The notes under the pieces: model-generated
The model's input: only the letters and a program-made list of their open reading frames with translations
Database searches by the model: none
Told to the model about the DNA's origin: nothing
Program-made: the position numbers and the translations under genes
Part shown: in pieces, positions 12,125-24,633 of the stretch
Numbering within the stretch: the first letter of the stretch is position 1
Layout: each line of letters begins with the position of its first letter
From: Eledone cirrhosa
Lineage: Eukaryota
Assembly: GCA_964016885.1 (NCBI GenBank)
Contig: OZ024746.1
Span: 7,254,001-7,318,000 of the forward strand
DNA length: 64,000 bases
Direction: 5' to 3'

Positions 12125-15100
12125 CTCTGTATGTATATAATGCATAAGTTTGGTATTTACTTTAATGTTGAGTTGACCTAATTTTAGTAAGTGAAATTAG
12201 GGAGACAAACTATTTGGAAGCCCATCAGATAGAGACTATATCAGCATTGTCACATTATCATGCCTGAATCTTCCTGAGGTTTAAGTTAAGGGTACATGTG
12301 GAATGTTGAGCCACTTGCATCATTGATTGAACTGAAATACACATCAGCAAAACTAAAGGAGATCTATTCTATTTCCCATTGTTCTATATCGGGTTTTCTG
12401 TGTGGGTTATCATGGTGCCCTTATTTAGAGTACCACAATATTTTGGAGGGCAGTATGTTGAGTTCAGACCCACTGCCATTTTGGCTAGTGGCTTCCACTA
12501 TAGGTGAATTTGGTAGAAAGAAACTGTAAGGAATCCCATTATATATGAGAGTTTCACTGAACAGATTTTCAACCCCACAGGTTGAAAATACAGATACAAA
12601 ATGTACTCAATATGTGAGGAGATAGTGTTACCATGCCAAAATACCCTGCAGCATTTGTATAGAGCCTGTTGTGTCCAGGTTTCAACTCTTACCAAGGTTA
12701 GCTATGTCATCCTTTTGTAGTCAATGAAATATTAAGGGTCAATATATTCAGCCATTCTCCCTATATTTCTGGCCTTGACAAAAGGGGGTGATAGATTGGC
12801 AGGACCATTAGATAAAATATTTAGTGTTATTTAGTTACCTATCTCTGTTCTCGGTTCAAATCTTACTCCTCTGGACCTATGTCAATTAAGGGATGCTGGA
12901 TGGTAAAATGCCTTGCAGTATTTATGTCCTCTAATGGTAGAAACCAAGCTAGAAACAGTTCTGTCTGAGCATGACATGGTCACTTGATCTGACTTATCTC
13001 ACAACAGGACAACTCGTCTAACCCATGCTAGTGTGGGAAAATGGACAGTAAACGGTGATGATGATGTGTGCTGCTCTGAGTTCAAGTGAAGCTGGGTTAC
13101 AATCTTGTTATCATTGAAGCTGGTAGAAGTGAAGTGAAGAATCTGTTCTTGCCATCCTTGTCTTTCATTTTTATGTCAATAAAATATAATACCAATCAAA
13201 TCTCGAAAATATGTGGCCTTCTATGTAAGAAAGTATTAAGGGTGGTGGAATCGGTAGAGCATCAGACATGCAGCATATAGTTACGATCCTTTATGTTCTG
13301 TGTTCAATTCCCGCTAAGGTTTGTTTTGCCTTAGTACCAGTAACATACTGGGGTTGATCTAATTGACTTGCCCCTCTCCCAAAATTATTGTCCTTGTGCC
13401 TAAATCAGAAACTATTATGAAGTTCTATTGTTGTGATGATACAAATAAAAAGACATCTTGATAATGTAGATGCCTGGATGTAGCATGGCCAAGTGGTTAA
13501 GGGTTTCGCTTCACAACTATAAGGTCTCGGGTTCAATCTCATTACATAACACCTTGAGCAAGTTTCATTTATGATAACATCGGGCTGACCCATGTAAAAT
13601 TTGGTAGACAGAAACTGTTTGGAAGCCTGTTAGATGTATTTCAAAGGGCTAGTCTTATCACACAGTTATGCTGAATCTCCCTGACAACTACGTTAAAAGG
13701 TGCACGCGTCTGTGGAATGCTCAGCCACTTACACTTAAATTTTATGAGCAGTGTTTCATTGGTCAAAAAGCTGGAACACTGTCAACAGCGGTTTATATCA
13801 ATTCTCTATGTAAGGAAGTAGAAATTGTTGCTGCAGTATCAGACAGCTATGTCTGGACTGGCCTGACTATTTGGCACAACTCATCAGACACTCTACCTGC
13901 TCATCTCTCTCATATATAGAGATAGGAAATGTTTTGATCTGAGCCATAAATCTGATGAGCAGATCAATACTGGAGTCACCTGTGAAACATGTAATGTTCA
14001 ATATACAATAAAACATTTTAATGTGAAACTTTGTTATACATTATATTAGGACCTTACTAAACTAGATTATCTGATTTACATAAATAATGCTTTACTTGTA
14101 ACTGAATGAATTAATCATTCACCAAAAATTAAATAAGTTTAATGTTCTTGTATTCATCTAAGGGGTTGTTTTTCTCTCTTTTCTTCATTTAACAGTGACA
14201 ACCACACACATAACCTCAACACTTTTATTTTAAACAGCCTCTTTCTCTCATAATCTTAAAAAGATGTCTGTTAGAAACAACAGCTAACCAACCTTCTTTG
14301 CTTAGTTTCCTCCTTCTTCTTACATTCTGAGTTCAAATCTCACAGAACATTTTGCATTCCATCTTTTTTTTTTTGTCTTTGGTAAAACATTATCAATAAT
14401 GTTGACCTTGTTGCCTAGACAACCAAATAAAGACCAAAACTGTAAAACATTGATGAAGAGTGTGTGAAACTTGCATTACAGTATTTAGTTTGTCTCAGTT
14501 CATAGTTCAGACCCAGCTGGAGCTACTTCACCTTGCCTTTTATCAATCTAACATTACTCTACTACGTGTTCCAGCCGAAAGGCTGAGGCCATGCTGGGGC
14601 ACCATCATTTGGTTGTTAGCTTTTTTTTTTGTACCTGTATAATAAGGTAGTACAGTTGGAGGTTGTCAGTAGTCTTTGCCTTCTGTATTTTAAAAAAAAA
14701 AAAGGATAAAACAATTTGTTTTTAAAACCAATACCTGTAACATACTGGTGTCAATTCAGTAGACAAGACACATACTGTTCCTGACTTTCAAAATAAATTT
14801 TAACACTGAGCCAGGAGAGTAAACCTCCAAAAACTCTAATATTAAAATCTCAAAAGAGACATACTCTGATTTTCTTAATTAAATTCTGTTGTTGGTTAAA
14901 AACGATTTTGTTATTTTTTAAATTCTTTCCATTATCTCTTTTCCATTTTAATTCTCACTTTCCCAATACCTTGTCATGTAGCCTTACTGTACCACTGGCT
15001 AGCTAGTCTAAAGCCTGTCTCAAGCCAGGAGGTTCATTAGGTTGGTGCTTATCCTCGTTTTGTGGCATCAAGTGACTCACAGTACAAGATGCCAGTTTGT

Positions 15101-16859
15101 CGCAGGGTTAAACCCCAGTTATTGCTGGTAATTATTTTCAGCTGAGTATACTGGAGCAATGTGAAATGAAGTGTCTTGCTCAAGAACACAATGCAAGATG
15201 CAGCCCAGGAATCAAACCCACAACACTGAATGGAAGTCCAACACATTTACCACTGAGGACAAAATAATATGGGGATATTTTTTTTAAGGGGCAAGTGAGG
15301 ATGAAAGTGTACTTATGTTAATAGAAGTTTAAATTAGTTAAGTATCTGAAATTTAATATTTTAAGTGATTGATTTTGAAGGTTGTTAATATTAAGAAAGT
15401 TCAGGATTGGCTAACTAGCTGGTTTTTAGTTACCCTTTGATGCAGAAGGTTTTCTTAAGATGTCACCTCACCATCATCACCCACATCTTTCACTTATCTA
15501 ATAATTTCTTAGTTTCAAAATTATAAGTTAAATGAAAACAAAGTTCTGTGAAGAACATTTTGTGTCTACTGTCTGCCATTTTATCTTTCTGCCTCTCCCT
15601 CTTTTCTTCTTCCCTGGTTTTCTCTCTCTCTCATCATTCCTCACTCCTCCTCTGCCTCTATTTCTTTCAGTGCCCCCCCCACACACACACACACTAATTC
15701 TCTCTTATTTACACCACACCACACTACGGTACAACACACTACACTATGATACACCACACTACCCTACACGACACTACAGTACACCCCACCACACCACAGT
15801 ACACCCCACCACACCACACCACACTACATTGCCTCCTCTTGTCCTGAAAGACCACCACCACCCCCACATACCGTTCTTCTCTCCACCACTTCTATGGCTT
15901 CCACCGGGGCCGAGCCGGAAACAAGAAAATAATTAATAGATATGAATCAGCTAGTTGCTGTATCCACAGAGAACACACAAGACATTTTGGTGAAGGGAGT
16001 GGACAGAAACTAAACACAATTTAAAGTAACGGTCATGGAGTTATCGAGTATTGTTTTAAATATATAAATATATATATATAAAAGAAAATAAATATAGAAA
16101 AGAAGAAAATATAGCCATTAAAAAGCAACAAAAATTATCTCTTAATTGTTATATGAATAAGATAAAATAAAAATGGACATGAACTTGAAAATACTTTGTC
16201 TCCGTTGTTTGTTGTTGTTGTTGTTGTTGTTGTTGGGGGGGGGGGGGGGGGCAATGTATGGTAGAATGTTGGACAAAATGCTCTGTACTATTTGTTCTGT
16301 TTCTTACATTCAAAATCCATTGAGGTCAACTTTGTTTTTCACCTTTGTAGAGGTCATTAGAATAAAGTACACAAGCCAGTCCAGGATTCACATTGCTCGA
16401 GCAGGCTCGGCTGAGAGTACCTGCAATAGCTGGGGGGGGGGGGGGGGGTTAACTCTGTGATGGACTGGTGTCCCTGTCCAAGGGTCTTGTACTTTCAGTT
16501 GTTTCATGCCATGGAAACCGGGATAAGCACCAGCTTGGTGAGCCTTCTTGCCTAAGACAGACTTGAGATAATTGTCACTATGTAGTAATTAGATGTTGGG
16601 GTCATTTGGTGAATAAATATGTGGTCACCACTAATGTTAGGGTAAATGTCCAGAAACAATTCAACAGTAATGATTGGTATGTCCACAGTTCTGATGTTAG
16701 CAGAGTAGGTCAGTGTGACCATGTGCTCACCTCTGGAAAATATGTTGCTTATTTCTTTTGTTTCAAAATCTGGTACCTCCCAGTCTGAAAAGGGAGTCAT
16801 TGGCAGTTTATCAGGGATTAATTAGCTTCTACACACATTCTGCTCTTGTCTCTCAGGAG

Positions 16860-19800
16860 GCATCAGACAGAGTTGCTCTAGTAAGGTAGAGAGATGTAGT
16901 ACATCAGACAGAGTTGCTCTAGTAAGGTAGAGAGATGTTAGTACATCAGACAGAGTTGCTCTAGTAAGGTAGAGAGATGTAGTACATCAGACAGTTGCTC
17001 TAGTGAGGTAGAGAGATGTAGTACATCAGACAGTTGCTCTAGTGAGGTAGAGAGATGTAGTACATCAGACAGTTGCTCTAGTGAGGTAGAGAGATGTAGT
17101 ACATCAGAGTTGCTCTAGTTAAGGTATAGAGATGTAGTACATCAGAGTTGCTCTAGTAAGGTAGAGAGATGTAGTACATCAGAGTTGCTCTAGTAAGGTA
17201 GAGAGATGTAGTACATCAGAGTTGCTCTAGTAAGGTAGAGAGGTGTAGTACATCAGACAGAGTTGCTCTGGTAAGGTAGAGAGATGTAGTACATCAGACA
17301 GAGTTGCTCTAGTAAGGTAGAGAGATGTAGTACATTAGACAGTTGCTCTAGTAAGGTAGAGAGATGTAGTACATCAGAGTTGCTCTAGTAAGGTAGAGAT
17401 GTAGTACATCAGACAGAGTTGCTCTAGTAAGGTGGGAGAGATGTAGTACATCAGACAGAGTTGCTCTAGTAAGGTGGAGAGGTATAGTACATCAGACAGA
17501 GTTGCTCTAGTAAGGTGGAGAGATGTAGTATATCAGAGTTGCTCAAGTAAGGTAGAGAGATGTAGTACATTAGATAGTTGCTCTAGTAAGGTAGAGAGAT
17601 GTAGTACATCAGACAGAGTTGCTCTAGTAAGGTAGAGAGATGTAGTACATCAGAGTTGCTCTGGTAAGGTAGAGAGATGTAGTACATCAGACAGAGTTGC
17701 TCTAGTAAGGTAGAGAGGTATAGTACATCAGACAGAGTTGCTCTAGTAAGGTAGAGAGATGTAGTACATCAGACAGAGTTGCTCTAGTGAGGTAGAGAGA
17801 TGTAGTACATCACAGTTGCTCTAGTGAGGTAGAAAGATTGAGTACATCAGAGTTGCTCTAGTGAAGTAGAGAGATGTAGTACATCAGACAGAGTTGCTCT
17901 AGTGAGGTAGAGAGATGTAGTACATCAGACAGAGTTGCTCTGGTAAGGTAGAGAGATGTAGTACATCAGACACAGTTGCTCTAGTTAGGTAGCGAGATGT
18001 AGTACATCAGACAGAGTTGCTCTAGTAAGGTAGAGAGATGTAGTACATCAGACAGAGTTGCTCTGGTAAGGTAGAGAGATGTAGTACATCAGACAGTTGC
18101 TCTAGTAAGGTAGAGAGATGTAGTACATCAGACAGTTGCTCTAGTAAGGTAGAGAGATGTAGTACATCAGAGTTGCTCTAGTAAGGTGGAGAGATGTAGT
18201 ACATCAGACAGAGTTGCTCTGGTAAGGTAGAGAGATGTACATTAGACAGAGTTGCTCTGGTAAGGTAGAGAGATGTAGTACATCAGAGTTGCTCTAGTAA
18301 GGTAGAGAGATGTAGTACATCAGACAGAGTTGCTCTAGTAAGGTAGAGAGATGTAGTACATCAGACAGAGTTGCTCTAGTAAGGTAGAGAGATGTAGTAC
18401 ATCAGAGTTGCTCTAGTAAGGTAGAGAGATGTAGTACATCAGAGTTGCTCTAGTAAGGTAGAGAGATGTAGTACATCAGACAGAGTTGCTCTGGTAAGGT
18501 AGAGAGATGTAGTACATCAGAGTTGCTCTAGTAAGGTAGAGAGATGTAGTACATCAGAGTTGCTCTAGTAAGGTAGAGAGATGTAGTACATCAGAGTTGC
18601 TCTAGTAAGGTAGAGAGATGTAGTACATCAGAGTTGCTCTAGTAAGGTAGAGAGATGTAGTACATCAGACAGAGTTGCTCTGGTAAGGTAGAGAGATGTA
18701 GTACATCAGAGTTGCTCTAGTGAGGTAGAGAGATGTAGTACATCAGACAGTTGCTCTAGTGAGGTAGAGAGATGTAGTACATCAGAGTTGCTCTAGTAAG
18801 GTAGAGAGATGTAGTACATCAGACAGTTGCTCTAGTGAGGTAGAGAGATGTAGTACATTAGACAGAGTTGCTCTGGTAAGGTAGAGAGATGTAGTACATC
18901 AGAGTTGCTCTAGTAAGGTAGAGAGATGTAGTACATCAGACAGTTGCTCTGGTAAGGTAGAGAGATGTAGTACATCAGACAGAGTTGCTCTGGTAAGGTA
19001 GAGAGATGTAGTACATCAGACACAGTTGCTCTAGTTAGGTAGCGAGATGTAGTACATCAGACAGAGTTGCTCTAGTGAGGTAGAGAGATGTAGTACATCA
19101 GAGTTGCTCTAGTAAGGTAGAGAGGTGTAGTACATCAGACAGAGTTGCTCTAGTGAGGTAGAGAGATGTAGTACATCAGAGTTGCTCTAGTAAGGTAGAG
19201 AGATGTAGTACATCAGACAGAGTTGCTCTAGTGAGGTAGAGAGATGTAGTACATTAGACAGAGTTGCTCTAGTAAGGTAGAGAGGTGTAGTACATCAGAC
19301 AGAGTTGCTCTAGTGAGGTAGAGAGATGTAGTACATCAGAGTTGCTCTAGTAAGGTAGAGAGGTGTAGTACATCAGACAGAGTTGCTCTAGTGAGGTAGA
19401 GAGATGTAGTACATCAGAGTTGCTCTAGTAAGGTAGAGAGGTGTAGTACATCAGACAGTTGCTCTAGTGAGGTAGAGAGATGTAGTACATCAGACAGTTG
19501 CTCTAGTGAGGTAGAGAGATGTAGTACATCAGACAGTTGCTCTAGTGAGGTAGAGAGGTGTAGTACATCAGACGGAGTTGCTCTAGTAAGGTAGAGAGAT
19601 GTAGTACATTAGACAGAGTTGCTCTGGTAAGGTAGAGAGATGTAGTACATCAGACAGAGTTGCTCTGGTAAGGTAGAGAGATGTAGTACATCAGAGTTGC
19701 TCTAGTGAGGTAGAGAGATGCAGTACATCAGATACAGTTGCTCTAGTAAGGTAGAGAGATGTAGTACATCAGACAGAGTTGCTCTGGTAAGGTAGAGAGA

Positions 19801-21880
19801 TGTAGTACATCAGACAGAGTTGCTCTAGTAAGGTAGAGAGATGTAGTACATCAGACAGAGTTGCTCTAGTAAGGTAGAGAGATGTAGTACATCAGACAGA
19901 GTTGCTCTGGTAAGGTAGAGAGATGTAGTACATCAGACAGAGTTGCTCTGGTAAGGTAGAGAGATGTATTACATCAGAGTTGCTCTAGTGAGGTAGAGAG
20001 ATGTAGTACATCAGACAGAGTTGCTCTAGTAAGGTAGAGAGATGTAGTACATCAGACAGAGTTGCTCTAGTAAGGTAGAGAGATGTAGTACATCAGACAG
20101 AGTTGCTCTGGTAAGGTAGAGAGATGTAGTACATCAGAGTTGCTCTAGTGAGGTAGAGAGATGTAGTACATCAGACAGAGTTGCTCTAGTGAGGTAGAGA
20201 GATGTAGTACATCAGAGTTGCTCTAGTAAGGTAGAGAGATGTAGTACATTAGACAGAGTTGCTCTAGTGAGGTAGAGAGATGTAGTACATCAGAGTTGCT
20301 CTAGTAAGGTAGAGAGATGTAGTACATCAGAGTTGCTCTAGTGAGGTAGAGAGATGTAGTACATTAGACAGAGTTGCTCTAGTGAGGTAGAGAGATGTAG
20401 TACATCAGACAGAGTTGCTCTAGTAAGGTAGAGAGATGTAGTACATCAGAGTTGCTCTAGTGAGGTAGAGAGATGTAGTACATTAGACAGAGTTGCTCTA
20501 GTGAGGTAGAGAGATGTAGTACATCAGACAGAGTTGCTCTAGTGAGGTAGAGAGATGTAGTACATCAGAGTTGCTGTAGTAAGGTAGAGAGATGTAGTAC
20601 ATCAGAGTTGCTCTAGTAAGGTAGAGAGATGTAGTACATCAGACAGAGTTGCTCTAGTAAGGTAGAGATGTAGTACATCAGACAGTTGCTCTAGTGAGGT
20701 AGAGAGATGTAGTACATCAGAGTTGCTCTAGTAAGGTAGAGAGATGTAGTACATCAGACAGAGTTGCTCTGGTAAGGTAGAGAGATGTAGTACATTAGAC
20801 AGAGTTGCTCTAGTGAGGTAGAGAGATGTAGTACATCAGAGTTGCTCTAGTAAGGTAGAGAGATGTAGTACATCAGACAGAGTTGCTCTAGTAAGGTAGA
20901 GATGTAGTACATCAGACAGTTGCTCTAGTGAGGTAGAGAGATGTAGTACATCAGAGTTGCTCTAGTAAGGTAGAGAGATGTAGTACATCAGACAGAGTTG
21001 CTCTAGTAAGGTAGAGAGATGTAGTACATCAGACAGAGTTGCTCTAGTAAGGTAGAGAGATGTAGTACATCAGAGTTGCTCTAGTAAGGTAGAGAGATGT
21101 AGTACATCAGACAGAGTTGCTCTAGTAAGGTAGAGAGATGTAGTACATCAGACAGAGTTGCTCTAGTAAGGTAGAGAGATGTAGTACATCAGACAGAGTT
21201 GCTCTAGTAAGGTAGAGAGATGTAGTACATCAGACAGAGTTGCTCTAGTAAGGTAGAGAGATGTAGTACATCAGACAGAGTTGCTCTAGTAAGGTAGAGA
21301 GATGTAGTACATCAGACAGAGTTGCTCTAGTAAGGTAGAGAGATGTAGTACATCAGACAGAGTTGCTCTAGTAAGGTAGAGAGATGTAGTACATCAGAGT
21401 TGCTCTAGTAAGGTAGAGAGATGTAGTACATCAGACAGAGTTGCTCTAGTAAGGTAGAGAGATGTAGTACATCAGACAGAGTTGCTCTGGTAAGGTAGAG
21501 AGATGTAGTACATCAGACAGAGTTGCTCTAGTGAGGTAGAGCGATGTAGTACATCAGACAGAGTTGCTCTAGTAAGGTAGAGAGATGTAGTACATCAGAC
21601 AGAGTTGCTCTGGTAAGGTAGAGAGATGTAGTACATCAGACAGAGTTGCTCTGGTAAGGTAGAGAGATGTAGTACATCAGAGTTGCTCTAGTGAGGTAGA
21701 GAGATGTAGTACATCAGACACAGTTGCTCTAGTAAGGTAGAGAGATGTAGTACATCAGAGTTGCTCTAGTAAGGTAGAGAGATGTAGTACATCAGAGTTG
21801 CTCTAGTAAGGTAGAGAGATGTAGTACATTAGACAGAGTTGCTCTGGTAAGGTAGAGAGATGTAGTACATCAGACACAGT
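16860..21880. repeat. About 5-kb tandem satellite, 41-bp unit with 39- and 37-bp variants
   Basis: Consensus ACATCAGACAGAGTTGCTCTAGTAAGGTAGAGAGATGTAGT; roughly 125 copies estimated from array length. Confidence 0.98.
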
Positions 21881-22114
21881 CTTTCTTTTTTTCTTTTCTC
21901 TTTCTCCAATAATTTAAATTATTTGAATCTCTAACAGTTATGTAAATTGCTATTATGTATTTTTAAGCTTTCTCACACACACCCTCTGTATTATATGTAA
22001 GTTTTTTCATGTCTCAATCTTAAGGTATATAAATATTGAGTTTTGTCATATCTTACTCACTACCATGATTGGATCTTAACCATCTACTATGTCAGGGTAT
22101 GTCATGCATCATCT

Positions 22115-22181
22115 TATTTTATCTGATGATGACGTACTGTTGAAGTTAGCTCAGTACCTCTGAAATATGTATAATAAAATA
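22115..22181 (+). ncRNA. Type I hammerhead ribozyme motif HH1 (minimal, palindromic stem III)
   Basis: UAUUUUAU-CUGAUGA-[UGACGUACUG..CAGUACCUCU]-GAA-AUAUGUAU-A/AUAAAAUA. 8-bp stem I; stem II has 2 mismatches including the closing pair; predicted cut after 22173. Confidence 0.72.
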
Positions 22182-22285
22182 TACTTGATCACAAGAAGTT
22201 CTATTTTTGTTAATATTTTGAATTAATATATATATATATATATATATATAATATAAGATCAAAAGATGGTTAAAAGAGTTCCAAG

Positions 22286-22356
22286 TATTTTATTATGCGC
22301 ATTTCAAAAACAAATATCATCATGCGATGATATTTGCGTTTTCATCAGATAAAATA
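22286..22356 (-). ncRNA. Type I hammerhead ribozyme motif HH2
   Basis: Minus strand: UAUUUUAU-CUGAUGA-[AAACGCAAAUAUCAUC-GCAU-GAUGAUAUUUGUUUUU]-GAA-AUGCGCAU-A/AUAAAAUA. Perfectly palindromic stem III. Confidence 0.8.
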
Positions 22357-22487
22357 GGGAGACATGATATGAAGCTTAAAAACACTTGCGAGCAGTGAAG
22401 TGTTAAATCAACATATGAAAAATAAAGTAAGATGGATATATGAGATTTTTGCATTGCTTTATTTTGCTACAATAAAACTCACCTCCT

Positions 22488-22535
<48 letters not shown>

Positions 22536-22681
22536 GTAAGAAACACAGTAAACCGTGTGTCTAAAATTACAAGGGTTGAAAAACCACATATGCTTGAAAT
22601 ATTTAACCAAGAAAAAGACAGGATGACAAAATGAAAATAGAAATATATTATCATAATACAAACCGCCTCAATAACCATTAT

Positions 22682-22763
22682 ATCTCTCGGACAGATTATC
22701 CCTAATCTATTTCGCCCTGAGTGTGTTTGTAACAGATAATCCTGGGCTTCATCAGCGAGAGAT
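22682..22763 (-). ncRNA. Type I hammerhead ribozyme motif HH3 (stable stem III, GUC site)
   Basis: Minus strand: AUCUCUCG-CUGAUGA-A-GCCC..GGGC-GAA-AUAGAUUA-GGGA-UAAUCUGU-C/CGAGAGAU. 8-bp stem I, 4-bp stem II, 8-bp stem III. Confidence 0.85.
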
Positions 22764-23234
22764 TACAATTAAATGTCACAAACACTATTTGCCAACGTTC
22801 ACACAGAAAGATAAATTTATCACCTCGTGCGCCATATATATAGTTAATAAATGAAACAAACAAATCACAGGAAGCAAATTTTACAGTTATATTAGATTGG
22901 CTGAATTACTGAATTCTGCTGGAAGAGAGCAAGGAACAGTTTGTCGAATAAATGGAAGGTGAGAACCGGACTAGATTAATTCTACTACAGGTCTTGTAGC
23001 TACTGTATATTATTATAAAGAGGATCTATATTAAAACACGATGCAAGCAGGGAATAAGCGGACGTAAAATGAAATGATGATATATATATATATATATATG
23101 CAGAGGTTATATTTAATTTGTTGGGATTCAACAAGCTTAAACATTTTTTATAACTGATATAAAGCACTCAACAAATAAGTGGAGTAAATACACAATATAT
23201 TAATAAATGGAAACTATATTTATAAAACCATATT

Positions 23235-23300
23235 TATTTTATTATACATATTTCAAGGGCCACCAAGGCAAATTATGGTGCGCTTTCATCAGATAAAATA
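23235..23300 (-). ncRNA. Type I hammerhead ribozyme motif HH4 (left arm of palindrome)
   Basis: Exact reverse complement of HH5. Confidence 0.75.
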
Positions 23301-23460
23301 CAGATTTGTTTTATAAATAAATATTGACTTACCCGAAAAAAAAACATTGACATACCCGGAAAAAAAGACAACCTTAACGGTTGGAGCTTCCAGGAAGCTC
23401 CAACCGTTAAGGTTGTCTTTTTTTCCGGGTAAGTCAATATTTATTTATAAAACAAATTTG

Positions 23461-23526
23461 TATTTTATCTGATGAAAGCGCACCATAATTTGCCTTGGTG
23501 GCCCTTGAAATATGTATAATAAAATA
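23461..23526 (+). ncRNA. Type I hammerhead ribozyme motif HH5 (right arm of palindrome)
   Basis: UAUUUUAU-CUGAUGA-[AAGCGCACCA..UGGUGGCCCUU]-GAA-AUAUGUAU-A/AUAAAAUA; predicted cut after 23518. Confidence 0.75.
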
Positions 23527-23570
23527 AATATGGTTTTATAAATATAGTTTCCATTTATTAATATATTGTA

Positions 23571-23631
<61 letters not shown>

Positions 23632-24633
23632 TACAGAGATAAAGACAGACGGAGAGAAGTGAAGTTTGTTAGTGTGCCGTGGGAAAATGAAATAATATAT
23701 AACATTTTGGACAGAAATGAGAGCGGATACCAAACGTAAGTGTGTGTGAGGAGAGAGAATGAGAGAAAGTGGAGAATGAGAGAAAGTGAAGAATGAATGA
23801 AGTTTTTGACGTCAGTGTATCGTTTGAGTTTGACAAGCAACGTTAAGGACGCATTTCTTTAAAGGATTTAAAATAAAGAACAAACATTTCTTTTTCGAAC
23901 TCACGTACACATGAAAAACTGATCGATGATGAAGACAATCAGAGGAGAAACACAAGGGACATAGTTTTAATAACAATATTATTGATCATAGTAAGGTGGT
24001 TTTCTCAGCTGAAATTGGTGATTGGAATAATAATAAACAAATGTGAGTGATGAATTTTTATTTTCTTCGCTGACAAACTGGACATGTAAAAACAGAAACA
24101 TTTGGTTTATTTTGTAAATATTTAACATTATATCTTGAATCTGTGGAAAGGACATTAAAGGGAAGAAAAAAAGATGTGTATACACACACAGCTATATACA
24201 CACACAGCTATACACACACCTACATATATACACACATTTAATTCTGTTGTTTTACATTCAATATATTACATACGTATACAAAATAATTAATATTATATCT
24301 TGAATCAGTGAAAAGGACATAAAAGAAAAGAACAAATGTGTGTACACACATACATATACACACACACACTTAATTCTTCTGTTGTTCAATATATTACACA
24401 TGTATATAACATGTATATAAAATATAAAGAATAAAACGGACCTATTAACACAAGAACACTCCCTAAGACAACCTGGTACCTTCCCCCAAGTCTTTAGAAT
24501 GATAAAGTGTTTGAAAAATAAATATAAGTAAAATCCTACGGGGCTACACATTTCCTTTGAAGAAATAGAAATATATCAACAAGCGATACCCGACGAAAAT
24601 AAAAGAGATTTTAAAGTTTAAAGACCAAGAAAT

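Larger units (their letters stand above)
23192..23569. repeat. 378-bp near-perfect palindrome (Penelope-like inverted pLTR structure)
   Basis: Arms 23192-23391 and 23393-23569 around a single A at 23392. The left arm has a 23-bp tandem duplication and one substitution. (TA)n tracts at 23080-23099 and 23574-23630. Confidence 0.95.

Noticed and set aside
15532-15936. 134-aa His/Pro/Thr-rich ORF
   Set aside because: Translation of CT-rich and (CACAC/CACTA)n simple repeats.
16860-21880. Satellite as a CRISPR array or a tandem hammerhead (retrozyme) array
   Set aside because: No unique spacers and the context is eukaryotic. The minus strand has CUGAUGU rather than CUGANGA, and the unit has no GAAA.
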